Virus record (IMG/VR): IMGVR_UViG_3300017605_000706
Coordinates: 1-64,000 of that record
Direction: 5' to 3' (one strand)
Origin: a virus
Length of the DNA: 64,000 bases
Below the pieces are notes generated by a model. It did no database searches. It had not been told where the DNA came from and saw only the letters and a program-made list of their open reading frames with translations. The position numbers were made by a program, and so were the translations under genes. This document shows positions 10,148 to 19,253 of this stretch, one piece after another (the stretch's first letter is position 1; each line of letters opens with the position of its first letter).

Positions 10148-12094
10148 TTACTCGACAGGCTCAATCTTATAGTAGAAAACAGACCCCTTGACCTCCGTTT
10201 CAACCATGAACGAGGTCGTAATGCTCGCTTCTTTTAGTTTGCGATGCATCGTGATCGGCTGCTTGACAAAGTGTCGACCGTTAGCAGTCGCGACCTCGCT
10301 AAGCTCCTTGTACAGGTCACTCTGACTGATCAAACGACCTACGTTACTTGTCGTGTTCAGCCAGAGAGCGAGTACGTCCTTGATGACGTCACCCTCGGCG
10401 ACGAACGCCTCACGTTCACGCTGACAGGCCTCGAGCATCGAGTCGATCTCGTCGGCGGTCCGGCCGAGTACGTGACCGATCACGTGCGCCATGACGGTAA
10501 AGTCCGCCATACGGTGCTTGCGATTCCGCACAGCAGCCGATGCTGCGATCTTGCCCTCGCGTAGGACTGCCACGATCCTGTTTAGGTACCAAAGCCACTC
10601 ACCAAAGAGCTGGCCGCGCTTATGCCCAACCTCTTGCTCGAGGTCGCTCGATCGCCCGAAGTCGTTCTCACGGCGATCCAGTTTGAGCAGAAGACATCGG
10701 TCCGCGACATCAGGACGCCTGAATGTCACCGGCGATCTCGAGCTGACGGCGAGAAAAGCCGTCGGCTTGATCTTCACGATCTCGTCGTCGGTGTAGAGCT
10801 TCCTCTTCTGCCACTCACCGCTCGTCGTGTACGCGCAGATCGCGTCCTGAAGCCACGGTATGTACGTGTCGATGTTGTCCATGAAGCCGATCGGCGTTCG
10901 CGCGATCTGAACACTGAACTCGCGCTCGTCACCTTTGCCGATGATCAGCGCCGATCGGCGACCATGGAGCGCCATCTGAACGAGCTGTAGCGCCGTCGAC
11001 TTACCTGATCCTTGGGGGCCGTCGACGAGCAGAATAGGCTTCGCCGGAAACAGATCCGGGAACGCGAGCGCGAAGATCCAGATTGAAAATAGCAACCTCT
11101 GTTGGTGCCCTGCCATGCCGCCACCGGTCGTCTTGGCCCAGCACAGATCCGTCAAGAACGGCAAGAGCACGCCGTTCGGGCCCACCACCACGTCTTCTTC
11201 CTTGGGCGCGACGCCGTCATCATCGTCGGCGAACAGCATCTCTTGTCCGTTGGGGATGATCTCGAGGCCTTCATCCTCTCCAAGACTGCCTTTGATCTTC
11301 CAAAGAGATCCGTCGTACCGATTCACGTAGAGCGTCTTGCGATCTTCGCTCCACGCGACAAACCGTCTTACACTTCTCTCCTTGCCGAAGCACGTGCAGA
11401 AAGCCTGCATTTGGTTGACGATCGCACCGCCGTACCCGCGACCGTCCGACGCATTCAAATTATAGTGATACCAAAGGTGCGCAGCGAAGCGCCGATTACG
11501 ACTGTCGATCGGTACGACCGTGTTCGTACGACCGAAGACGATATAGGGTAGTCCGTTAGGCGCCACGCGCAGAAATCGCGCCCCTGTCTGCTGCTCGTTC
11601 TGCAACACCATGCGAAAGATAGACTGCGCGATCGCTTCCTTGTTGCCTTGCAAACGCTTGTCGTAGCGAATGCCGTCGATACCGAACCGCGTGATCGCCG
11701 CGTTGGTTCCCGGCCCGGCGACCGTGACCGCTGGATCCGGCGCCAACGCTGCAGCGGCTTCTTGCGCCTGCAAAACCTCCGTGACGATCGTCAGAACATC
11801 GGGCGGCGCAGGTGGCGGCGGGATCGGCTCGAGGTCCTCGACCAACGCGAGCGGAGGCCTTGACTGGCCAAAGCCCGGCGCAGGCGTCGGCGTGAGGTAG
11901 ATCCTCTTCAGGATCTCCGCGTCACGCGCTCCTACGAAGACAGTTGTACCGGTTGGGTCCGAAAGAAATACGGCGTCGTCTACCTTACCTTTTTTCTTCT
12001 TACCGCCACCGGCGCTACTATCGCCTGCGTCCTCGTAGTCTGGATCTACATCCAGGTACTCGTCGGACCAGACTAGATCATCAGACATCGCCAT
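10148..12094 (-). CDS. primase-associated SF3-type helicase/ATPase
   Basis: Walker A GPQGSGKST, Walker B IGFMDN, RKLYTD, DVADRC; no primase domain recognised. Confidence 0.75.
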   Translation of the reverse strand: MAMSDDLVWSDEYLDVDPDYEDAGDSSAGGGKKKKGKVDDAVFLSDPTGTTVFVGARDAEILKRIYLTPTPAPGFGQSRPPLALVEDLEPIPPPPAPPDVLTIVTEVLQAQEAAAALAPDPAVTVAGPGTNAAITRFGIDGIRYDKRLQGNKEAIAQSIFRMVLQNEQQTGARFLRVAPNGLPYIVFGRTNTVVPIDSRNRRFAAHLWYHYNLNASDGRGYGGAIVNQMQAFCTCFGKERSVRRFVAWSEDRKTLYVNRYDGSLWKIKGSLGEDEGLEIIPNGQEMLFADDDDGVAPKEEDVVVGPNGVLLPFLTDLCWAKTTGGGMAGHQQRLLFSIWIFALAFPDLFPAKPILLVDGPQGSGKSTALQLVQMALHGRRSALIIGKGDEREFSVQIARTPIGFMDNIDTYIPWLQDAICAYTTSGEWQKRKLYTDDEIVKIKPTAFLAVSSRSPVTFRRPDVADRCLLLKLDRRENDFGRSSDLEQEVGHKRGQLFGEWLWYLNRIVAVLREGKIAASAAVRNRKHRMADFTVMAHVIGHVLGRTADEIDSMLEACQREREAFVAEGDVIKDVLALWLNTTSNVGRLISQSDLYKELSEVATANGRHFVKQPITMHRKLKEASITTSFMVETEVKGSVFYYKIEPVE

Positions 12095-12128
12095 CGTTCA
12101 GAGGGATCGAGTAAGTACCAAAACTGAC

Positions 12129-13739
12129 GTGCTACCCAAGGCAGCTAAACCAGACTGGTTCATCATTCCACGCAGCTGGTCGCGAGAGATCGACACGTTG
12201 CGTAAGAGCCCGCAGATTCAGTTCCTGTCGGAGTCCAAGGCCGCAGTCCATCTTTCGCACCTTCCGCTGATAACGCATCGGTCTGAAGTCCAGCAGACGA
12301 TCGCAGCGTTGGGCGCTCCCCAGATCAGCCGGACCGTTAGCCAGGACAACCTTTCTACTACAACGCTGCGACACCTGGAAGCGCTCTCGGCGGCAGGCAT
12401 CACGCCGAGGGCTCATCAGCTCGATATCCCGCGATTCGTTGCAACCCGACGCGGCGCCCTCATAGGTGACATGATGAGGACCGGCAAGACGGCCTCGAGC
12501 CTTCTGTGCCACGATCCCAGCGCTGGTAAGCTACTCGTCGTCGCGCCCTTGCCCACGCGCGAGGGCTGGCTGCGCTGGATCAACGCGATGTTCCCCAACG
12601 CTAGCACGTTCGTTGCGAAGGGCAAAGAGTACGATCCCGCTGTCTCAGAAGCAGACATCGTCTGGATCAACTACGACGTCTTGTCGCACTGGCGCGCTCT
12701 CGTAACGCTGCCTATCGGACTCGCCATCTTCGACGAAGCTCACCTGCTCTCGAATCACACCGCGCAGCGATCCTCGTCCGCGCTCATGCTCGCGACGAAA
12801 GCGCAGAAGACGCTGCTCCTGTCGGGCACGCCGCTTTGGAACAAGCCCGTCAACCTCTGGACGTTGTGCAACCTGATCGCTCCCGGCGCCTTCGGTTCGT
12901 ACGACGACTTCGGCAGTCGCTATGGCGCGCCAGAGCAGACCATGTACGGCCGCGTCTACAAGGGTGTCTCGAACGCTGAGGAACTCGAGGCGCGTTTCAG
13001 CTCGATCCAGATTGCCCGCTCATGGAAAGACGTCTCCGACAACGTTCCCGCGATCGAGCGCAGCACTGAGACCGTTCCGCTCTCGCAAGCTCAGCTCGAT
13101 CAGATAGACCGCGCTGTCTTCTCGGTAAAAGCCGCCCCTGGTAAGGGCGTCAAGGCCTTCCTAGCTGAGCTTGCACGATACCGCAAAGCCTTGGGGAAAG
13201 TCAAGGCGAAGACGGCGATCGAGTGGCTTCAGTGTGTCAACGAGCCCGTCGTCGTCTGGGCGTGGCACAAGGAAGTCGCCAAGGAGATCGCCGAAGGCTG
13301 CCACGGCTATCTAGTCACCGGCGACACGCCTCCTGAAGAGCGCGCGACGATCTTCGAAGCATGGGCCAAAGAGAACAGGCCTCTTGTCATGAGCATCTCA
13401 GTTGGCCAAGTTGGCTTGGATCTATCTCATGCGCGCCTTGCGCTCTTCTGCGAAGTTGACTGGACCCCGGCTGTTCTGGCTCAGACTGAAATGCGCGTGT
13501 TTAGCCCAGTGCGTCCGATGGCTGTCGTATACTTGGTCGCGGACCACCCATCTGAGCAGACTATGATCAAAGCCCTCTGGCGTAAGATAGACAACGCGCA
13601 GCAAATCGGCGTAGCTGCATCAGAAGGCGCGATCGACGTCCTCTGTGAAGCCTTCGGGATCGGTTACTCGAACTTCGATAAGCTTGCTGCCGCAGGCAAT
13701 CTTGATCGCCTCATGGCCGACGCGCTTAGCCATCAATGA
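12129..13739 (+). CDS. SNF2-family helicase (divergent)
   Basis: GDMMRTGKT, DEAH, LSGTP, VGLDLS, DWTP; motif VI QTEMRV degenerate. Confidence 0.8.
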   Translation: MLPKAAKPDWFIIPRSWSREIDTLRKSPQIQFLSESKAAVHLSHLPLITHRSEVQQTIAALGAPQISRTVSQDNLSTTTLRHLEALSAAGITPRAHQLDIPRFVATRRGALIGDMMRTGKTASSLLCHDPSAGKLLVVAPLPTREGWLRWINAMFPNASTFVAKGKEYDPAVSEADIVWINYDVLSHWRALVTLPIGLAIFDEAHLLSNHTAQRSSSALMLATKAQKTLLLSGTPLWNKPVNLWTLCNLIAPGAFGSYDDFGSRYGAPEQTMYGRVYKGVSNAEELEARFSSIQIARSWKDVSDNVPAIERSTETVPLSQAQLDQIDRAVFSVKAAPGKGVKAFLAELARYRKALGKVKAKTAIEWLQCVNEPVVVWAWHKEVAKEIAEGCHGYLVTGDTPPEERATIFEAWAKENRPLVMSISVGQVGLDLSHARLALFCEVDWTPAVLAQTEMRVFSPVRPMAVVYLVADHPSEQTMIKALWRKIDNAQQIGVAASEGAIDVLCEAFGIGYSNFDKLAAAGNLDRLMADALSHQ

Positions 13740-14167
13740 ACTGGGGGCCTTATCTAGCTGCTCGCGCAGCACAAGCGTTTCCGGGCATTCTGCTTTTGCG
13801 CGCTGTCAAAGACAGAGATGGTTCTATCTACTTGGACAAGACAACGATCTGGGCTGATTTTATGGCCTATCGGGGTCTCGTCTGGGCGTTCTCGGGTGGC
13901 GTAACGCAAAATCCATATCGTGCTGGCTACGGTCTAGGCCGCCACAAAGACCTGTTGGTGATTACGCGAAGAGTGCTGAGCCGTCCTGTCTGTAACCACT
14001 CAGACGCGGTCCATGTCGTTGACAGTTACTACCCCGAGCTAGCTGCTTGGCTTGGTACGATCAACGTACGTTCCGTAGACAGCCTTCCGTTCGAGTTGCA
14101 CGCGATCGACGATCTCGCAGCGCGTCGTGCGGCAGGGAAGGCTTACGTAGCGGCTAGCCTCGATTAG
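13736..14167 (+). CDS. PWEIH-module family protein
   Basis: AYRG; SVDSLPFELHAIDDLAARRAAGKAY; ATGA-coupled to the SNF2 gene. Confidence 0.7.
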   Translation: MNWGPYLAARAAQAFPGILLLRAVKDRDGSIYLDKTTIWADFMAYRGLVWAFSGGVTQNPYRAGYGLGRHKDLLVITRRVLSRPVCNHSDAVHVVDSYYPELAAWLGTINVRSVDSLPFELHAIDDLAARRAAGKAYVAASLD

Positions 14168-14936
14168 GGACGACGGCCACGTACGCGCTTGGGTTGTCGG
14201 TTTGCTGCTCTTCAAACTTTGGGCTCTTTGCTCGAGTAAAGATCTCGCCTCGAATCGATCCGAACTCAACTTCGATCGGAATCAGCGCCCACGCCCCCAC
14301 AAGCTCCTCTGCAGGGAGAGGCCCAACAGTCGCCCGCTCTCCTTCGGGCACTTCTTTGTGGTCACGGTGCCCGATCGTGAGCGCTTTGGGCGCGGCGATG
14401 ACAACCGCAGGCGTCTCGAACCCGGGCTTGTACGGCCACGGGGCAAAACCGTTTGCGTAGTACGCAGCCGTCGAAAAATCGTCGCCCCACAACGTCAAGT
14501 TGTCTTGGCCTATGTTGTAGTTTCCGAAGCTCTGAACGAACCCTGTCTTTCGGATGGCCGCCCACTCCTCCCATGCCATACCTCGATAGACCAAGTTTCG
14601 ATCGCTTGTCACGGCATCGAGATAGTGCGCTACTGGGATCGCGTGTACAGGCGCATCCCGTACCAGAGACTTTCGGCCGTACTCGCTTGTTATGACCTGG
14701 CCACGACCACGAGGAACGACTTCGATATGTAGATCGATGGTCGATCCTCTGGCCTCGAACCCGATCACAGTAAATTTGTATCTTCGCGCCGCGAACTGGG
14801 CCCGTAACGGATCGGTGTTATTTCGCGTCATCCAGAGCGTGAACAGCTCGTCGACTTGATGGAAGAGCTGCGAGTCCGCTCCGACCGCGTTGATCAGCAT
14901 CCTCAGCACCTTACACTGCGCCAGAAGAAAACTCAA
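14154..14936 (-). CDS. hypothetical protein, possible ADP-ribosyltransferase-like fold
   Basis: LVYRGM strand and late EGE; fold assignment weak. Confidence 0.4.
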   Translation of the reverse strand: MSFLLAQCKVLRMLINAVGADSQLFHQVDELFTLWMTRNNTDPLRAQFAARRYKFTVIGFEARGSTIDLHIEVVPRGRGQVITSEYGRKSLVRDAPVHAIPVAHYLDAVTSDRNLVYRGMAWEEWAAIRKTGFVQSFGNYNIGQDNLTLWGDDFSTAAYYANGFAPWPYKPGFETPAVVIAAPKALTIGHRDHKEVPEGERATVGPLPAEELVGAWALIPIEVEFGSIRGEIFTRAKSPKFEEQQTDNPSAYVAVVPNRG

Positions 14937-15038
14937 CTATGGACCTAGCGTAACGTCAGATGGTGGTGATACTGCTGGTCCTCGCGTAACGAGAGCCGTC
15001 TAGCCAACGGTTCTTTCTCCGTCGGGAAACGAGTCAGG

Positions 15039-16151
15039 ATGCCAACCTGTATCTTGTGCAGCGAAGCTTTGTCTCAAAGCTCCCACGATCTTCTCTGGTT
15101 GCACCCGGAGAGTGATCAGTGCCTTGTCCGGATCACGGACAGCCACGGCGTGTCAGTCGACGCGCGTTTTGAAGTCGACGCAGACGGTACGATCTGGGAC
15201 ACGCACCCGGCGCCTAGCGTCACACCGCGTCAAGAGATCGTCGCTGCGTTCAAGCAGTTTGGCGGGAACCTCTTCACGTCGTTCGACACAGCGGTAAACG
15301 ATCTATTTGACGCGCACGGGCTTCCCCGCCTCGGTGGCGCGTCGGGCGACAGCGGCTGGTCAGCGTACTCGACACTTCAGAAGTGTCCTTATCTGTACAA
15401 GCGCAAGTACATCGATAAGAGACCCGATCCGTACGCGCCGGCTGAGTCTGATGACACGAAGAACTCTGCGCCTGCTCTCGAGATCGGCTCGATGGTGCAC
15501 TTGTACCTCGCCTGTTTCTATCAGCTGCAGATTGACGATAAGTATCCGTTGACGGCGAACCTGTGTCACGAGTACTTCTGCGAACGGGGCGTGAATCCTG
15601 AGTCGACGGAGATGGCCAAGAAGGTCTATGACGGCTATCTCGTCGAGTACGCAGACGAGCCGTTGAGGCCGCTCGCCGTTGAGTATCTGAACGTTGACCC
15701 TCACACCAAGTCTAGCTGTCGCTACGACTTGATCGTGGAAGTCACGGAGCACACGACGAACTATCCCAAGGGCGTCTACAACATGGACCACAAGATCATG
15801 TCGAAGGCGGACTACGCCACCATGAACGGATGGTTCAACAACGGCGAAATCATCGGCCAGATGATGTTGTACCAGAAGAACAGGCTAGATCTGCGATTTG
15901 GCCCTCTTGCTGGCAGCCTGATCAATCTCGGGTTCAAGACGAAGGTCCCGAAATTTCACCGTGTCTACGTTCCCGTGAAAGAGTGGCAGCTCGAAGCTCA
16001 CGCTAAGGATCTCGCGTACTGGAGTGCGCAACGATCAACGTATCGGTCGCTGGGCGTGTGGCCAAGGGCGCGAAACTCTTGCCAGGCTGTCTACGGCCTT
16101 TGCAGCGAGTTTGACTGGTGTTCATCTGATTCGAACCCCGACAATGCCTAA
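15039..16151 (+). CDS. PD-(D/E)xK Cas4/AddB-like exonuclease
   Basis: CPYLY, G.MVH, RYDL..MDHK..Q..LY, C-terminal Cys cluster. Confidence 0.75.
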   Translation: MPTCILCSEALSQSSHDLLWLHPESDQCLVRITDSHGVSVDARFEVDADGTIWDTHPAPSVTPRQEIVAAFKQFGGNLFTSFDTAVNDLFDAHGLPRLGGASGDSGWSAYSTLQKCPYLYKRKYIDKRPDPYAPAESDDTKNSAPALEIGSMVHLYLACFYQLQIDDKYPLTANLCHEYFCERGVNPESTEMAKKVYDGYLVEYADEPLRPLAVEYLNVDPHTKSSCRYDLIVEVTEHTTNYPKGVYNMDHKIMSKADYATMNGWFNNGEIIGQMMLYQKNRLDLRFGPLAGSLINLGFKTKVPKFHRVYVPVKEWQLEAHAKDLAYWSAQRSTYRSLGVWPRARNSCQAVYGLCSEFDWCSSDSNPDNA

Positions 16152-16401
16152 TCTCAAGAAGCTCGAGATACTTGACGTCGACATCGATCACGTCGCGCCT
16201 GAAGATGCGTGCCGCGATGATGCGTGTCCGATCGTCGAGCTACACGCCAAGCACACCGTGTACACACCGAGGGGCAAAGCCCCGACGAAGTGCCCGCTGT
16301 GCAAAGCCACTTACGATAAGTCTGCTGCGGCCTGCCTCACCTGCGGTTGGACGCGGGCATTAGGCCGTCCCAAGCGTCCACACCGGAGAACAAGAGAATG
16401 A
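16144..16401 (+). CDS. small Zn-binding protein
   Basis: CRDDACP..H, CPLC, CLTC. Confidence 0.55.
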   Translation: MPNLKKLEILDVDIDHVAPEDACRDDACPIVELHAKHTVYTPRGKAPTKCPLCKATYDKSAAACLTCGWTRALGRPKRPHRRTRE

Positions 16402-17219
16402 GAGAGATCGCAATCAAAAAAGGCGGCTTGCCGAGACCGATTTCGTGCATGTCCTATGGACAGACGCGAAGCGGCAAGACGCGATGGGCGAGCACTTGGC
16501 CTCGTCCGCTGTTCTTCAGCGACGCTACTGAGAAAGGCTGGGAGTCGATTGAGACGGCTCCGCCGGAGTCATTCTTCGAGCCGGATCGCGCCCCGATCGT
16601 CTGGGCGATCGAGGCACCCGCCGACGTTCACACCGCGATCGACAAAGCAGGCCCATTGATCGCCAGCGGTGAAGTCTGCACCATCGTGTTCGACTCGCTG
16701 ACGTTCTATAGCGAACTCTTCTTGAACAAGGTCGTCGGCGACATGCAGAAGACCGGTAAGGTTGACTTGCGTACAGCTTACGGCGCATTGTCCAATCACT
16801 TGGGCGATCTGCGCATCAAGGTCGAGAAGCTGAACGCCAACGTCGTCTGGCTTGCACTCGAGCGTACCCCAGAAGAGAACGAGCGTATGTCCATGCCGAT
16901 GCTTGCGGGTAAGCAGGCGGCTAAGTTCAGTGCGGGCTGCTCATACATTCTGTATCACCGCACCGCGATCGTGGACAAGAAGCGTTCTTATGAGATGCAC
17001 ACGCAGCCAAGTGAAGCCTTCATCGCAGGTGGTCGTGACGCAGGTCTTCTTCCCGACATCATGACGAACCCAAACTACCGCGAATTCGCGGGGATTCTAG
17101 GCATCCTGCCATCCAATCAAACGGTGTTGCCGCTTCAGCCGGTTGTTAGCGCGACGCCCGCTCCCGCTCGACCTGTGCCTGCGCGTCCGGTTACAGCTGC
17201 AGCACAGATCAAGCGTTGA
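16398..17219 (+). CDS. AAA_24/Sak4-like recombination ATPase
   Basis: YGQTRSGKT, TEKG, IVFDSLT; located between a nuclease and an SSB. Confidence 0.75.
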   Translation: MREIAIKKGGLPRPISCMSYGQTRSGKTRWASTWPRPLFFSDATEKGWESIETAPPESFFEPDRAPIVWAIEAPADVHTAIDKAGPLIASGEVCTIVFDSLTFYSELFLNKVVGDMQKTGKVDLRTAYGALSNHLGDLRIKVEKLNANVVWLALERTPEENERMSMPMLAGKQAAKFSAGCSYILYHRTAIVDKKRSYEMHTQPSEAFIAGGRDAGLLPDIMTNPNYREFAGILGILPSNQTVLPLQPVVSATPAPARPVPARPVTAAAQIKR

Positions 17220-17267
17220 CCGTTTTAGCAAAACACTCCAACTGACAAGAGAACTAGAGACCAACAC

Positions 17268-17810
17268 ATGTCGAACACAATCTTTATCGAGAACGAAGAG
17301 AACATTCGTGCGTGGGACGGAAACGCGGGGCCGTCGCTCCCTGATGGTGAGTACCCGTTCGAGATCGTCGAGGCTCGTGCAGACATGGCGCGTACGGGCG
17401 CGCCGGTGATCTTTACTCGTTTCCGCGTCTTCGAGGGCGAGTACGAGGGCACCGACTTCCAGAAGCGGTACGTGATCAAGAGTGACAAGGACGCGGCTGT
17501 CGGCCGTACCATTCACTTTCTTCGCGTCTGCGGTCTCGAGAAGAGCGCGCAGGGAGGATACAACCTCGACGAGCTGGTCGGCCGTCGCATCTACGGCACG
17601 ATCCAGCGCCGCGAGCGCCCGATGGTGAACCAGCAGACGGGCGAGACGGAGATGCGGACCATGTCCGATCTCATGAACGAGCGCGCCTACGATGAGGCGA
17701 ACGGCGCGGGGTACACTGAGGCACCTGCTCAGCAGCCCGCTCCGGCTGCTCCTGCCGGCCGTCGTGCGGTGGGAGCCAAGAACGGCGCTACCGCTGCGCC
17801 GCGCCGCTGA
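17268..17810 (+). CDS. DUF669-like single-stranded DNA-binding protein
   Basis: LPDGEY..EI..A, FRV.EGEY.G pattern; flexible C-tail. Confidence 0.65.
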   Translation: MSNTIFIENEENIRAWDGNAGPSLPDGEYPFEIVEARADMARTGAPVIFTRFRVFEGEYEGTDFQKRYVIKSDKDAAVGRTIHFLRVCGLEKSAQGGYNLDELVGRRIYGTIQRRERPMVNQQTGETEMRTMSDLMNERAYDEANGAGYTEAPAQQPAPAAPAGRRAVGAKNGATAAPRR

Positions 17811-17879
17811 TCGAGGCTGGAAGCCGGAATAGGGCCTTGTGAGGGCCCTTGCGTGCGTCACTTTCAAGGGGAGAGCTGC

Positions 17880-18410
17880 GTGGCATTCAAGCTCAAGCTC
17901 GTCGAACTTCTCACATGGGATGATCCTCAGGAACTGTGTCGTGATGAGCAGTGCCCCTTTGAAGGTGTCCACAAAGCAGGTTCTTGTCGCACGAGCCGCC
18001 AAGAGGCGTGCCTAGCCGATCGCGCCGGGAAAGTCAGATCTGCTCTAGACGAGTGCGTTTACGACTGGGTTACAACCCGCTTCGTTAGAACGTTTCGTGA
18101 CGTATACAGTGACGTGATCCAAGACTACGGTTCTATTACCGAACGAGGCGTGTATCGCGCTCTCGAGCGCCTGATCGACGCGCACCGCGTGATTCGCGTC
18201 GTTCCCTGGCCAAACGGTAGACTCTTGCGCCTGGGCGCCTACCTGCGGTATGATTCTCCTCTGATCTGGGACCTTAGCGGTCACGCTAATATCCAAGAAC
18301 AACTCCGCGATTGCGGCGTTGTTGCAGACGCGATTCCGCTCAAACCGGCTAGAGCGGCGCTCAAGCGCGCCCGCAAGATGACGCTGACGAATGACGCATT
18401 TTACGGGTGA
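17880..18410 (+). CDS. winged-HTH-like protein with N-terminal CRDxxCP..H motif
   Basis: ITERGVYRALERLIDAHRVIRV; GGGGAG RBS before GTG. Confidence 0.5.
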   Translation: MAFKLKLVELLTWDDPQELCRDEQCPFEGVHKAGSCRTSRQEACLADRAGKVRSALDECVYDWVTTRFVRTFRDVYSDVIQDYGSITERGVYRALERLIDAHRVIRVVPWPNGRLLRLGAYLRYDSPLIWDLSGHANIQEQLRDCGVVADAIPLKPARAALKRARKMTLTNDAFYG

Positions 18411-18882
18411 ATCAGAGCAGTTCGGTGTCGCGTGGACGCCGGATCAGATCGCCGCAGTGTGCCTCCAAAAGCCATATCAAGATCGCCGCTACTGGAAAAC
18501 GTATAAGAACACAATCGTGGGTATCGGCACGGAGGCTTCTGAGGTCTTCTCATGGCGTGGTCTCTTGGTGAGATCGACCGCCGACTACGATATCTACAAG
18601 CCTCAGCTGCTATACTCAGCAGGCAACTTTATGCCGCTTCGCAATGCCCATTATCTTGACGTGGTTTGCTACGAGCCGCTCACAGATAAGATTTACGTAG
18701 ATTGGCTAGAGTACGTGCGCGCGTTTGACGACGCGCTGAAGAGCCCTAGACCTAACGCTCTTTTGGCTCCTAAAAAGAAAAGCGTCCTACCTGTCGACGG
18801 GGTCCCATGGGAGATCCACGGGATTTCAGACGCAGAGCCCCGCCGGATAGCCATCGAAGCTTACCTAGACGAGCGGGTCTAG
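18391..18882 (+). CDS. PWEIH-module family protein
   Basis: SWRG; PVDGVPWEIHGISDAEPRRIAIEAY. Confidence 0.75.
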   Translation: MTHFTGESEQFGVAWTPDQIAAVCLQKPYQDRRYWKTYKNTIVGIGTEASEVFSWRGLLVRSTADYDIYKPQLLYSAGNFMPLRNAHYLDVVCYEPLTDKIYVDWLEYVRAFDDALKSPRPNALLAPKKKSVLPVDGVPWEIHGISDAEPRRIAIEAYLDERV

Positions 18883-18887
18883 ATCCT

Positions 18888-19253
18888 GTGTCAGTATACT
18901 GTGCCTGTGGCGGCAAGAGCCGAGTTCTGGAGTCGAGACTCGACGAAGACGGCTGTATGCGCAGGCATCGTACGTGCCGCGTGTGCGAAGCGAGCTGGTA
19001 CACAGTCGAAGTGCGTTCTGAGGTCAGCGAACGGTCCCCTTCGAGCTACGCCTACTTCGCGCGTAAAGTTGCGGGGATCTGTCCTCGCTGCGCCACCACG
19101 CTCGCGCCAGACGACGATCACGTTGAATGCGTGCGATGCGTTGAGCTGCGTAAGAAACGCAAAACAAAGCCCACTGAGCCGAACGATGGCGGGGCAGGAG
19201 ACGAGCCATGTACGACGATGGAGATGACTGGGTCAGTCCCGATGATCTCGTAG
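18888..19253 (+). CDS. NrdR-like Zn-ribbon protein (no ATP cone)
   Basis: CACGGKSRVLESR...RRHRTCRVC...YTVE matches the NrdR N-terminus; additional CPRC/CVRC. Confidence 0.6.
   Translation: MSVYCACGGKSRVLESRLDEDGCMRRHRTCRVCEASWYTVEVRSEVSERSPSSYAYFARKVAGICPRCATTLAPDDDHVECVRCVELRKKRKTKPTEPNDGGAGDEPCTTMEMTGSVPMIS

Noticed and set aside
14937-15038. Possible tRNA or ribozyme in a divergent intergenic region with short hairpins
   Set aside because: No cloverleaf or T-loop and no complete hammerhead core is discernible
15039-16151. Cas4 as evidence of a CRISPR system
   Set aside because: No array or cas1/cas2; the nuclease-Sak4-SSB context is a standard phage recombination module
17097-18002. 301-aa minus-strand ORF
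   Set aside because: Antisense shadow of the SSB and neighbouring genes in GC-rich DNA
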